Shown one piece after another: positions 52,231 to 64,000 of a stretch of 64,000 nucleotides of DNA. Both the position numbers and the translations under genes were made by a program. The number at the start of each line of letters is the position of its first letter. The stretch's first letter is position 1. The stretch covers positions 7,031,808 to 7,095,807 of the forward strand of contig CM082585.2 of the NCBI GenBank assembly GCA_040954595.2, written 5' to 3'. Source of the DNA: Balanoglossus misakiensis (lineage: Eukaryota > Animalia > Hemichordata). The notes beneath the pieces are model-generated. The model saw only the letters and a program-made list of their open reading frames with translations, was not told the origin of the DNA and made no database searches.

Positions 52231-55200
52231 GTAAGTAACATCCTACTAGTAAATGAACATTGCTACTAACTTCATGAATTATTCTTGTGTTCTTCATATC
52301 CTTGTTTTAGTCAGTCAGTGTTGGATTTGTGTGAGATTAAAATTTTCATGATGACCCTGACAATATTATACTATAATTTTGTAAAAGGGTAATGGAAATT
52401 GCACTTGAGCAAAGTGTGTGTAAAATGAGACCAAGTGCTCTGTCATAGTTTAACAAAGGCATTTATGTCAGCATCTGGTTGAGATCCTCAGTTAAAATTA
52501 ATAGCAGTGGCTGCACTTTGATGCTAATATTATAACAAATTCTTGAAAAATCAATGATTTCTCTTGAATGCGCAAAGTAATCCAGGAATGTTGGCAGGGG
52601 TGTTCGTACTTTCGTCAAAGCCATCTACTCTGATGTAAGTGACATGGTTTGGTTGTTTAGTGCTACATGTAACCCACAGGAAGTGAGGCTCTCTCCTACA
52701 GAGCAGTAGAATTATTTCAATTCCTCTTTCAATTTACAACTGTCACTTACATAAATTTGTTTTCACGTCTTAAGTATGTTGTTGCTGTCAATTGGCACAT
52801 TGCCAGAGTCATCAGTGCTGTGAGTTTGTTTCTAGGTTAATGTTATCGAAATGCATAGATTAAAATTAATTTGATTATAGAAGTAAATATATACCCTGTT
52901 TATACATGTAGATGTGCATTCATAGCTTACATGTACTGGTATATACAAATCATCTTTATTTCTGATTCATGAGCTGTATTCATTTTGAAAATTAATTTAA
53001 TTCTAAAAATATATGACTTGCTGGTTATGGCGTAGTTGTGTGTTTGCAGCTTATAGATTCTTCTTTATTCGTAATTCATGAGCAGTGTCAACATGCAAAA
53101 TGATCAAGCGGTATTCTGTCTGTATTTAGAATCTTAAGATATTGCATGTGTCCATGGGTTCTGCTGAGGGCTGTCGAATAAAATATGAGTAATCTTTAGA
53201 GTATTCACATGTTTTCATGGCAACTCCTGCCTTGCGGGGCGATGTAAGATTTAAGACGCAAGGTCAAGAGTGAGATGCACAATGAATTAGATGCGTGTGC
53301 AGTGCTTTGAACTTCTGTAGGAAATGTCACTTTTGCGAGAAATTCTAGATGATCTACTGTATGTCTAGATGACCCTTCTTGGTGTAAATGGAGGTTGCCA
53401 GGGCAATAGGATGATGAATGGCTTGTTTTGTTGAGATTCGTTTCAATGCTGTTTGAGTAGACGGCTCGGATGACGAATCGGTTGATGCATGCAAGGCGCA
53501 TGATTTGTGGTAATCTGTCTTATCCATATCATCCCCTGAAAAATATTCTTCTGCGAAGATTTATAATCAGGAAGCATGGCTATTGATGCTGATGTCTCTG
53601 TCAGAGTATATCTTTAGGTTTTGGCAAATATTACTAACAATACAAGTGAATTTATTGTGTTCCTGTGTCCCATTGAATGATGACAGTGACATTTGGCAGG
53701 ACGCTGATGGTGTCTCTTTCTTTTCAAAAATTTCACTGCCTTTTTTTTAAACATAGCTTGCGATGCCATGGTAAGAGCAATCATGCTCTCTTTTCCCACA
53801 GGAGAAGAGTGGAGATATTCAGAAGGGGGTTGAAATAATAACCTATAAACAAAGACTGTCACTTCAATATTTGACAGGTGTAGCATGGCTTTCAAAGTTG
53901 TCTGAATCTCGTAATCCAAGCCTAGATGAACGGTGCATGTGAAATGTGTCTGCGTAATGGTTCTGACCCTTTCGTAAACCGAGACATTCAGATTACTTGA
54001 ATATGAATGATGGTTGCAAAATCCTCGAGTGTGCGAGCAATTTGAATGTAAAATACTCTGCCCTCGCTGACACGATGACTGATAACTATGCAGATTTTCA
54101 ACTGGAGCGATTCAGTGCAAACTCGCGTCAGATTCATATTCTGAGTAAACTGGAAGGTACGTTGTAGTGGATCGAAATATTCAGTTGAACTGAATTCATG
54201 GTGCCTTTGTGATGTTGGTGATTGTGACCATGAACTTGCCAGCAGTCAATCAAACGTAAAGATGTTGAACGCAGAACATGTCATACAGGTGTCATTTATT
54301 CATCAGATGACCTTTTCACCCAGTATGTATTTGTACAGAGATCTGCTTAAAAAAAACTGAGGTAGAAACAAAGCTTGGCTGTGAAAAAGAGTAATTCCAG
54401 TACATTCATTTTGTAATCATTTGTAACCTGATGAATCAACTGAAGTGAGATTTATGAAAGTAGGTCCACACACGCTCCAAGAAAGTCCTGCAATTTTAAT
54501 CCACTTTGGAGAAATGCTTGAAGGTGTGGGTGAAATGGGGAAAAATTTCCAATGCAATTTACTGCATAATGACCACTTGAGAATGTCATTTTCACAATTT
54601 GACCTTTGAAGACTCTTGTATAATGATTGGGAAAATCCTTGGAAAGAGCTTGAATTTGCTGTCATTTTCATTGAGTTCAGATGTATGCTCCAATACATTG
54701 TGCATGGAGGCCTCATCTGTACATGGCTGCATTCTATGAATAAACCAATACTACATTCCCGCAATTGAAGAAGTTCAGAGCATTTCATGAAACCACTTGT
54801 CTGAGCTGAGGGTTAAGTATTCCTTGATGGGGTTTATTTTGTATTTGGAAGGCTTTAGAAAAATAAAGTCTTGATTTGTTTAAAAAGTCTGATTTTGTTG
54901 GTTTTCTCAAATCCAATGATCTGAAAACCCCTTCCATTGAATAATACATTACTGAGAACAAGCTATAAATAACATCAATTTTGTTTAGTCCTGTGTCAGC
55001 GAAGTGGATTTTTGTAGAAGAAAATTGACAATTAAGGACATTTTTTCCGGAGGTTTATTGATTTTCCGAGGTCCTGCCTTTCATTCCTTCTCTGTCAGGT
55101 CGTGTGACTTTCGTGCCAGTAATGCGATTAACGTCTTTGCGTTTTCCGGGAGTTGAGTGAAGGATTGTGTGGAAGTCTGCACCGGGCAAACAAATGTCAA

Positions 55201-58200
55201 TTAGATTAGAACGGCATCAATGAGGTAATTTCATTGGGCGAATCAGATAAAACTGACATTTTGCGCGGTAAGGGGACCTTAACGGTCAGTGTCAGGTCAT
55301 TGCCTTGTTTTCAGGGATGTCAATCATCCGGGTTGAGTGCGCTCATCTGACAGGGCTGTGAACGGCTGTGACGCAGCCAAGATCTAAAGTGTACATTATC
55401 GGCACCAGAATGAGATTTATCAGCGAGCGCGAAGCGTCTTTGCCTTTGTTCGAATGATTTGATTGAGGACTGTGATGAGAGCACTGTGGTTACATTTAAT
55501 GGCAACTAAACTAAGAGTTACCATGCAGGTTTGTTGCTATGGGGATGACGACGCATCAATCTTCATGACCATATTTGGTAAAGTCTAGAATTGGCCTTGC
55601 TTTCAGTTTCTCGAGGACACCCTTCTTATGAATTGTAATATTTCTTGATTTCATAAAAGTCTCACGTTTGGACTTTATTCTTCAGAGAAATAATGTGATA
55701 AATTGTCTATTAATAATCTGAATAACACCAAAACGATCGAGTCATCTGAAGCTGTTGAAAATAGTCATTGGATACAAAATGAGCCAATCAAATCATTTGT
55801 ACTGTAAATGTCAAATTTTTAAAGATGCAAAATGGCCACCAGTCTCCATACTGCAGAATGACTTGACACACAAGCTTTACAAAGAAGTAAAAGATTTAAA
55901 GCATTTTTCTGCAACTAGCTTTTACTCAGCCAGAAAACTGAACATTATGAATACACGCAAATAATCTTGCCAAGAAAAATGTTATTCATAGTGTATGGAG
56001 ATGAGCCAGCCAGGAATTAATCCAGACTCCATGGAGCCATTTCACTGTTTTTTTACATCTGTTTCAGTGATCTTATTCCATTTATTATAGATGTGTAGAT
56101 TTGTCGTTGTCGGAAGATTGGAGTTTGTTGGCCCGGAAAGATGTAGCACTGATTTGGAAATCACCCCATAGTCTTTCATATTTTGATTCTGTTTGATGCA
56201 TTAAAGTTGTGACATATTGTTAAAGTAGAATTGTTGACACACAGTCTGATATTGTGTAAATATAAAAGAACACACCGTGGACCCAGTGTGTGACAAGCGC
56301 CCCCTTTTGGTAGGTTGTGAAAATCTTTTTTATCGAACTCGGTACGTATACGTGCTGTGGGCCCAATATGGGTATAGCCAGCCAGATCATTGATGGCCTT
56401 GCTCTGTACAAAATGCTTTTTTCTCTCAGTGTTCGAGCACAAAGATATCGCTTGGTGGAATATTTTCAAAAGGCTAATCAGGGATTTTAATTGCCACATA
56501 TTTGTAAATGTAGTTATCTTTCAATGTCATATGGGTAGTTCAGTACAAAGCTATGGTAAACTGGGATATCAATAGTGGGAACTGGGGGTGAAAGCGTAAT
56601 GTGCATGAGTGCTGTGGCTTTCTTCTTGAATATTTGTCAACTTTAATAGCAATCTGTCTATGTCTAATAGATTAATGGTATTCGTCTGAAAATTTAGGTT
56701 GTCGTTGAATAGTTCATAACGTGATGTTAAACATCGCATTTGGATGAGGAAGCTTTTATTGAATAAAACTGCTAGGTATTACAAATTTGCCTAAGGCTAT
56801 CTTTTAATTTAACTGTGATTGCATGAAAAGAAATGAAATTCCGAAACAAAAAATCGGGCCGTGTCAGAAATTAAGCTGAAAGTCTTTGTCGTGATATTAA
56901 ATCAATATTCGTAAATAGCATTTTAATTGTAGCAAACCTTTATAATCAGTTAGTAATTACACAAAGACAATTTAAAATAGCCAAATGTTATACAGAACTA
57001 AAAAGCTGTGCACAATTTATTTTATAGACAAATGGATTTGAGGAATTTTAATCATTTTATCAAATTTAAAGTGATTGGAATATTTATCTGTGAATTTGGG
57101 TCGTCTGTGCGTTTGAGATTGCGTCTCTCATGTTGCAAGTGCCAATCAAAGAGTGTTTTCAAATACAAGGATCACGTTACGTGAAGATATTGGTTCAATG
57201 CACAGAGTATGAGTCACAAAAATCCATCAATGGCTGTCTGGCAATCTGCCAAGAGAAACTGGGCTAGCCAGGAGATAACTCAACAGGCTGCCACGTTGGA
57301 AACTCTCCCCTTCTTAGGGAGTCTCAAGTAAGTCGCCGCGTCTCAAGGAGGCTTCCATAGGCGGTTTTCGTCGCGAAGGATGATTTCTAGTGATGTGGGG
57401 CAATATTGAACTGTTTTCAGCATTGATGAGTCGTAATCTCGTGGCTAGGGTGATAGACAGGTAAAAAAGTCACCTTGATAATCTATTTGAATTTGTTTGT
57501 CTACATCTTTGATTGAAAAAATTTGTGGCCAACGTAATATGTGTATATAGTTCTATGAGAGGCCCTCTAGTATATTGGCAACTGATAGTGACTGATTCAG
57601 ATATTTTTTGTTATTTATACATATATATATTTAGATTATCAGATATTAATTTTTTTTCTTTATTCCATTTATTTTTGAGCGTGAAGGAAATTGTCTGTTT
57701 ATCGAACTATGTCGTGGTTCGTGTTCAGACAGTTTTACCTCAATGGAATGCAAGACAGTGGCTGTGTGTATGCAATACTGATAACAAGACTTCATTTTAT
57801 GTCACCATATTTGATGACATTTCGTCGTTTGTGGCATGGTAATTCGACCAGGAAGGTGCAAGTTGCTCTTCTATCCGCGGTCTGATTGTATGCGCAATCG
57901 TCCAGAATTCAAAGAAACCATTTACCTTGATTTTTTAGCTATAATCCATAACTTTAACGCAATTTTGCAATGTGAAGAAAGCTTTCGCTCAGCATTCCCT
58001 TGGGATAAACGGATACATTCTGTACAAATATTTCAGAGATCTCTTTTTTCTATAGTGAATGCAAACCTAGGATAATGTTTGTATTTTGTCTGGCCAATTT
58101 AATAAAAAAAATATTCAGTATTAAACTCAAGAAAACTTACTGGGCAAAGTTTGCCTGTTATTATATGTGAAATTTTCTTTCGAGGTGTGGTCTCTCTGTA

Positions 58201-59606
58201 GAAACTATAATTTCATTTTTAATCCATAATATTTTAGCACCATATGTATTCTGATAAACTAGTCAAATAGCATAAATATATTTTATTAATCGTATTCCTA
58301 AATGAAGTTACTGGAAAGTATGTTGTAAAAATTGAAGTGTGAAAATGCAAATATTACTCACCATTATGCAAGGACAATGCTAATGTTCTCATGGTAACAG
58401 ACAAGGACAGCGCAAGTCTGCAGTGACCCATTTCTGTACATGGCATAGTTCACATGAAAGAAGAATTCTCATATTGCGCAAATAAATTCACAACATCACA
58501 AAGGCATGAATCATTTATAATTGATGAAGACAATTTGGACAGTGAAAAATTACAAGAGTGACAATTCTCCATGTACTGTCTCAGATAAAGCGTTCATCTA
58601 ACAAACCCAAGAAGACATAAAAAGAATTTTCTATTTAGGGGTTTTATTTCTGCAGTCATTTATTCCAGCTTTACATTCAAAGATAAAGATTTGTTGATCA
58701 AATATCAGAAGTGAATTGTTTTGTGATTTCTGATAAATTAATTGATTGTTTATTATTTTCTAATTTGTGGTAAATTGAAATTTAATGTTCTTGTGTTGAC
58801 ATCTGAACGTTTGTAATTAAAAGGATGTGCTTCCAAAGTCTGTTTGCCTATTCAAAACTGAACCACTGACTGCAAGAATTTCGGTTGAAATAATAGCTAT
58901 ATTGGAATTTTTATTATCAGAGCATACATGACAGAAGCAGACAGTATTACATGCCATACAGATTGTATTCCCAGTTTTATTCATGATATCATTGAAATTT
59001 ATAGATGCAAAAATAAGAATATTAAGTTATCAGAATCTTCAGTTGTCGCAGCTTAAAATGAAAGGCAAGAGAATCATTGTTGAATTTGATTCTAAGATGG
59101 TTCGGCCTCTCTTGAATAATACTGAGTTGTCTGTCGCGAGTTCGTCGAGATGTCATAGTGTAGTTGACATTCTGCGTGTGAGGTCATGTGGTCAGGTCAG
59201 CTTATCAGCCGTTCCCATTTCCTTTGAAGAATTTGCATAAACTTAACATCAAAATTTATATCCTTTCGTCACGTAGGCACGAGTAGTCTAGAACTAACCA
59301 TTAGTGTCTTGTATATAAATATATATTCAGATTTTCTTTTCTGGGGATTCCTGTACAAGACATGATGTGTCACGAAACAATATTGCCAAGATTATTTCCA
59401 AAAATGTCCTTGTAAATTTTAAAGATATTTTTATATAGTGAACATGTCTGTTTCATATTCTTGTACATTTCAAAAAAGATTCATACAGAATTGATTCTTG
59501 GTATTAAAGACAATATTTTAATCATCATATTACTGTCATCATCATTACCAATTTCTTTCTAGACTTAGTAATACTATCAGCCATTTTTGCGCTTTGCTTA
59601 AAAGTG

Positions 59607-59620
59607 GTTGTCATGGTAAC
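59607..59620. promoter_or_regulatory. RFX X-box
   Basis: GTTGTCATGGTAAC, a near-palindromic X-box consensus match and one of several in this gene. Confidence 0.5.
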
Positions 59621-60556
59621 GTGGCATTTACCAGAACAGTACAGCTAGCCACGGTGATTAGTGGTAAATGTCTGGCAGCACTTCTAAATCTTTAGAAAGG
59701 AACGACAAAAACAGATCAGATGCAGAATATTTCATGGCGTGTCTGGGCAAGAAAATTAGCAGTATTAAAAGTACATTAAAATCATCGTGACTCAGACATC
59801 CCGACCTGAGGTCGTGTGTGAATCATGAAGCAACAGACAGTTTACAAACAGAGTTACAATAGCTGTACATCCTTCCTGAAAAGTAAACATTACACCTTAA
59901 TCATCGTGATTCAGTGGATGCTTAGAAAAATTAAAATATATTGATTTTATTCATAAAGCGACCCAAAAATATCCTATAAAGGTTGTTTTCGCATTCTATC
60001 TACACATTAGCTGTGTTTAGAATTCTGGAAATAGAAATTGGGTGACGTATGAGAAAACTGGTAATTCAAATATTCTTTTTGAGTGTGTTTCACTCTACTT
60101 TTGTGAAGCTATGTGGGAAACCTGTTCACATCTAAAGAGACTTCCTGGCCGGCTGCCAGAATTGCGTGGTTATAAGTTGTAAGCTTAGGTTATCAGTCAG
60201 AGACAGGCTGAACACTGACAAGATCGTAATTTCAATCATGGATGTCTGCGTATGTAGGTTACTTATCATCTTACATCTTTTTAAAATTATTTACGGACTT
60301 TGCTATGTTTATTGAGAGATACTTCATTACTTGTGAATGTTTGTTCAAATTTTCCAAGATTTGAAACTTGGTTTTCTCAATAATTTCTTAAATAGTCAAG
60401 ATAGTGTAGGATTTTTAAATTGTTCAAAAGTCTTTCTTGTACATGTATGCCTTGCAATACCCTGTTCTAGCCCTCTAGGTACATATACATATACTGTAGC
60501 TGTAAATCAGCTAAGGTTCCGTCATCATATTTCATGAAATATGACATTAAGTTGGG

Positions 60557-60573
60557 GCGCCACCTAGTGGCAG
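60557..60573 (-). promoter_or_regulatory. Strong CTCF motif
   Basis: Minus strand reads CTGCCACTAGGTGGCGC, matching the core CCASYAGRKGGCGC. Confidence 0.6.
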
Positions 60574-61683
60574 TACAGCTGTAATCTCCCTTCAGAAAGA
60601 CCCTTTCTCAATTCTGTGGGTATGCAAGGATCAAGTATTAACAATGCCAAATGGGTTGTTACAATCAAGGCATTTATGCTAGGTAGCAAGGAGAATAACT
60701 TATTTGCTTAACTGTTATTCTGATCCCCTGTTGTGCACACCAGCATATCAAATGAAAGCTAATCTAATGGCTTGTCATCACCGTCTGTTGTCAGTTTGAA
60801 GGTGGCAAAAAAATGAAAACTGATCGTAGGCTTAATGTTTCTGTAAATAAATAATCTATTAATATTTTGTAACTGTATACTTTAACATGTGAATCTGCTA
60901 TGACTTTTGAAAGAGAGCGTGGCATGAAATTTCCTCATGATAGACAGAAATGAAGATTTGCAATTACATAATGCTCTTCTAGTACTGGGGTATGAAATCC
61001 TGTCTTCAATATTTGCCAGATTTGTGTGTGTGTTTGCGCATGCAGCCACGCATGCATGCTTGCACATGCAAGCTTGTCTCTGAGTATGGCAGTCACACTC
61101 CGACGACAACCAACATTCACTTTTCATCCCACATTTACACTATTGGCTGTTATATATTTTCCATCTGTACTCCCGATTAATCGAGGAATGTTGAAAACTG
61201 CGTTGAAACCATGAAACTTAGCGGCGTTGTAATTCATAATAGAGGGATTATATCAGGTTCTGCTTAACCTTTGCATTGCGAGCATTTTTCTACCGTGATG
61301 TTGAAGTTTTTCACATTTTCTACATTTTTGTATGACTATACTGTCTAAGTGTCAGTATCAGAAGATTAACATTTTAACCATATCACCCTTGAAAGTTTGG
61401 TAAATCTTGAAAAGTGTGGCGAAAATTAATTGAGCCGAATGTAGTCATCTATCTACTGTCTTGGAAACAAAGTAATTTCTTATTTATTAAAAAAATATTC
61501 TTTTCCCAAATAATTCTACTTAGCAATACTTTTTTAATCCAGAATGCATCCTAAAGATATGCTTGATAGGTCCTCTCGGGAAAAACATGAAAGTCCTTGA
61601 ATTTTGGGTGAACCCAAGTTAAAATAAATGATAACAACTGATTCTGTGGAGATAATGATGTGGTGTTTTTTTTTCTCGATCAG

Positions 61684-61748
61684 GAGGAAGAAATGCGTAT
61701 GCAAAGGACCTTGAAACAGGTGGAAGAAGGGGAATTATTGGTGGAAAA
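61684..61748 (+). CDS. IQCJ: 65-nt coding exon (phase 0/2) resembling the N-terminal exon of vertebrate IQCJ / IQCJ-SCHIP1; the gene continues beyond the window
   Basis: Acceptor ttttttttctcgatcag and donor AA|gtaagt. Encodes EEEMRMQRTLKQVEEGELLVE(N/K), which aligns without gaps to human IQCJ [22 protein letters not shown] as recalled. The exon is well supported; the orthology less so. Confidence 0.7.
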
Positions 61749-64000
61749 GTAAGTATTTTATTAGTTTTTTTCAAAGATAATCACAGGTCTGTGAAATTGA
61801 GGATGTGATGAAAGAAAAATTTGAGCAATTAATCGGTGCCTGCGACACCCGTGTTTTGAATGGTTTCTGCCAATCCTGAAAGTATACTGTGTGTCCTGCC
61901 ACCCCTCTGTGAAAATAGTTTGGCTGTGAAACTTGCAGTGGATGTCACAGATTTGAGAAGGCTAGGTAAGGTCACCCCTGTTGTTGGCATTGAGATGTAA
62001 TTGCTGAGGTGGCGAGATTTTCAGCGATAATTAACCGACGGATTTAAATATTAACTTGTCATCTGGATGAGTAAACTGCGCCGTCTGTTGATGTGTTTCG
62101 TTGCAAGGACATGATATGTGCTACAAGTGACGTATACACACTGTAGGTAGGTGGTTGTCCATGTGTCATGTATGTGTGTCAGACATAAGTGACCACTGCG
62201 ATTGAACAGGGGATATATGCGATCGCTGCTCCCAGTGTAACTGTATCTGCTTACAGGACGCCGGAATAGGTATGTGGTGTCGGGGGTGAAGTGTTTTTAA
62301 CTGGACAATCGAATATCGGTCACACTGCAGTGGAACTCCTGTGGACAATACGGCCTTGTGAACTTTGAACTCCACAGACTCTGATGTCATGTTCTAATTC
62401 TGTCCGAGGGAATTCTAGAAGTTAATGTGGGTTCAAACTGACATTTCAGAATCACGTGTGGAAAATGTGGTACTATGCGGTTGGACTAACTTCAAAATTG
62501 GAATGTTCTAGAGAAAAAAAGAAACTCTCCAACACAATACATGTTGTTTGCTTGTTTATTGTAACCACTAAGATTATATTGTATGTAAATATCATGCAAA
62601 TGATAAGTACATGTACTCTTCAACCTTGATCAATGGTGAAATGCATGATTTTCAAGTCAAGCTAGATATATTTAATCCCTGTGTAAGCAGAGTTTGCTGA
62701 GTGGATGAAAAATGGGTTTCCAGTACAGTGATACATACTGTATCACTGTAATAAGTTAACAATGAATTAGCAGGTACACAAAAGGTAGCATTGTTTCTAA
62801 GTTCTGTGGCATGAGTCACAAAGCACTGACAGGTCCTTTGCATTATAATGCTTGTGTTATATAATCATAAGCCTATGAACACATGAAATCTGATGTGCCC
62901 AGACTCCAAGCTGATTATGAGAATTTAATTTATATATGTTTGATTAACACCTTAATATATGGGCGCCTAATATGTTTAATTGTCTGCAGTAATGTGTTTG
63001 TTCATGTTTACAGGAAAGTAAATACATGATGCTAATAGGGCTTCAGTTGGCAAGGATCCACGTTGTCAAAGTTCTGTCGTGACAGGGGTATAATGTGACG
63101 TAAAATATAGATAATTAAAACAGTATTGTATGGGATTTTTGAGGATTATAATCTGTTATGTTTGGATGGATTTGTATGCAAAGTCACTAGTTACTGTAGT
63201 TTGGGTGTAATAATAAGATTCGTGATTCCAACAACACAGAAGCTTTAGTAGCTGCCTGATATTAATTGCCATGGTCATGTATGGCTTCTGGTGTTCAGAG
63301 CTTTGATGAAAAGCAATATTTTTGAACGTCAGTGGGTTGACAATTTTATGACGGCCGCTTTTGTGGTCGTAAAGCTGAGAAATCTGTGACTTATTTACGT
63401 CGGTCGTAAATATGTCATGGTTCCATCATGAATATGCAGAGTACTGTAGGTCGTTTTGTCTCAGTGTTCAGACAATTTATGTGGGGGTAGTTCTGCAAGG
63501 CATTATGAAGATGAAACAAATATTCTTTGTAGCTACAGGTAGCAACACAAAAAAATAATTTAAAGGTTACGGTCATAAAACAAGCAAAAATAAACTAACA
63601 ACGCATCTAAATTCTTGGTGAAATGTAAATTATATACATGTACATGTATGTCTACAGAAGTGTAGAAAATCACGATTTTTTAACTGAAATCTGAGTTTTA
63701 TTACCATTTTGAACTTTGCTTTTAGTAGTTTTAGTTTAAAATTGATTACACAAGATTTTAAGAGAAATAACTTTTTGACATTTGTTAATTTAGTGTTCAA
63801 GCTTGTCATAAATTTTAATAACAAATCTCTCCCCCTAATCTCAAGTGGTCCAGTACAGTAGCTTACATGTACATCAGAAAGTTGTGTATTTTTGGAACGC
63901 AATTTGGATAACTGAGGCATGTGTCAGCCATACTGGACATTTTCTCACCAGACTTGCGGTATTGAATTGCCGACAGTCGTAATGGTTTGGTATTCAGAAT

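Noticed and set aside
61036-61075. Cluster of GCATG/GCGCATGC motifs upstream of the last exon
   Set aside because: It sits in a purine-pyrimidine alternating low-complexity tract about 600 nt from the exon; Rbfox or NRF1 function is unsupported.

Overview
Eukaryotic, intron-rich, AT-rich genomic DNA. The gene content and repeat style suggest a marine invertebrate deuterostome, but the species cannot be fixed from the sequence. Two genes lie head-to-head. (1) On the minus strand at 1-578 is the 5' part of a class A GPCR that closely matches GPR101; it runs off the left edge. (2) On the plus strand is a large gene with a CpG-rich promoter and probable non-coding first exon near 7.6-8.06 kb, followed by four frame-compatible coding exons (21224-21421, 36478-36519, 52120-52230, 61684-61748). 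These encode an IQ-motif protein whose last visible exon aligns with the N-terminus of vertebrate IQCJ/IQCJ-SCHIP1; the gene runs off the right edge. The introns contain an intact TA-flanked MITE, a decayed DIRS/Ngaro-type tyrosine-recombinase retrotransposon, weaker Penelope and BEL/Pao fossils, microsatellites, many RFX X-box-like and CTCF-like motifs, CpG-rich islands and many TACATGTA palindromes. Most supplied ORFs appear spurious. Homology calls rest on hand translation and recalled sequences, not database searches. No prokaryotic-type system such as CRISPR is present.
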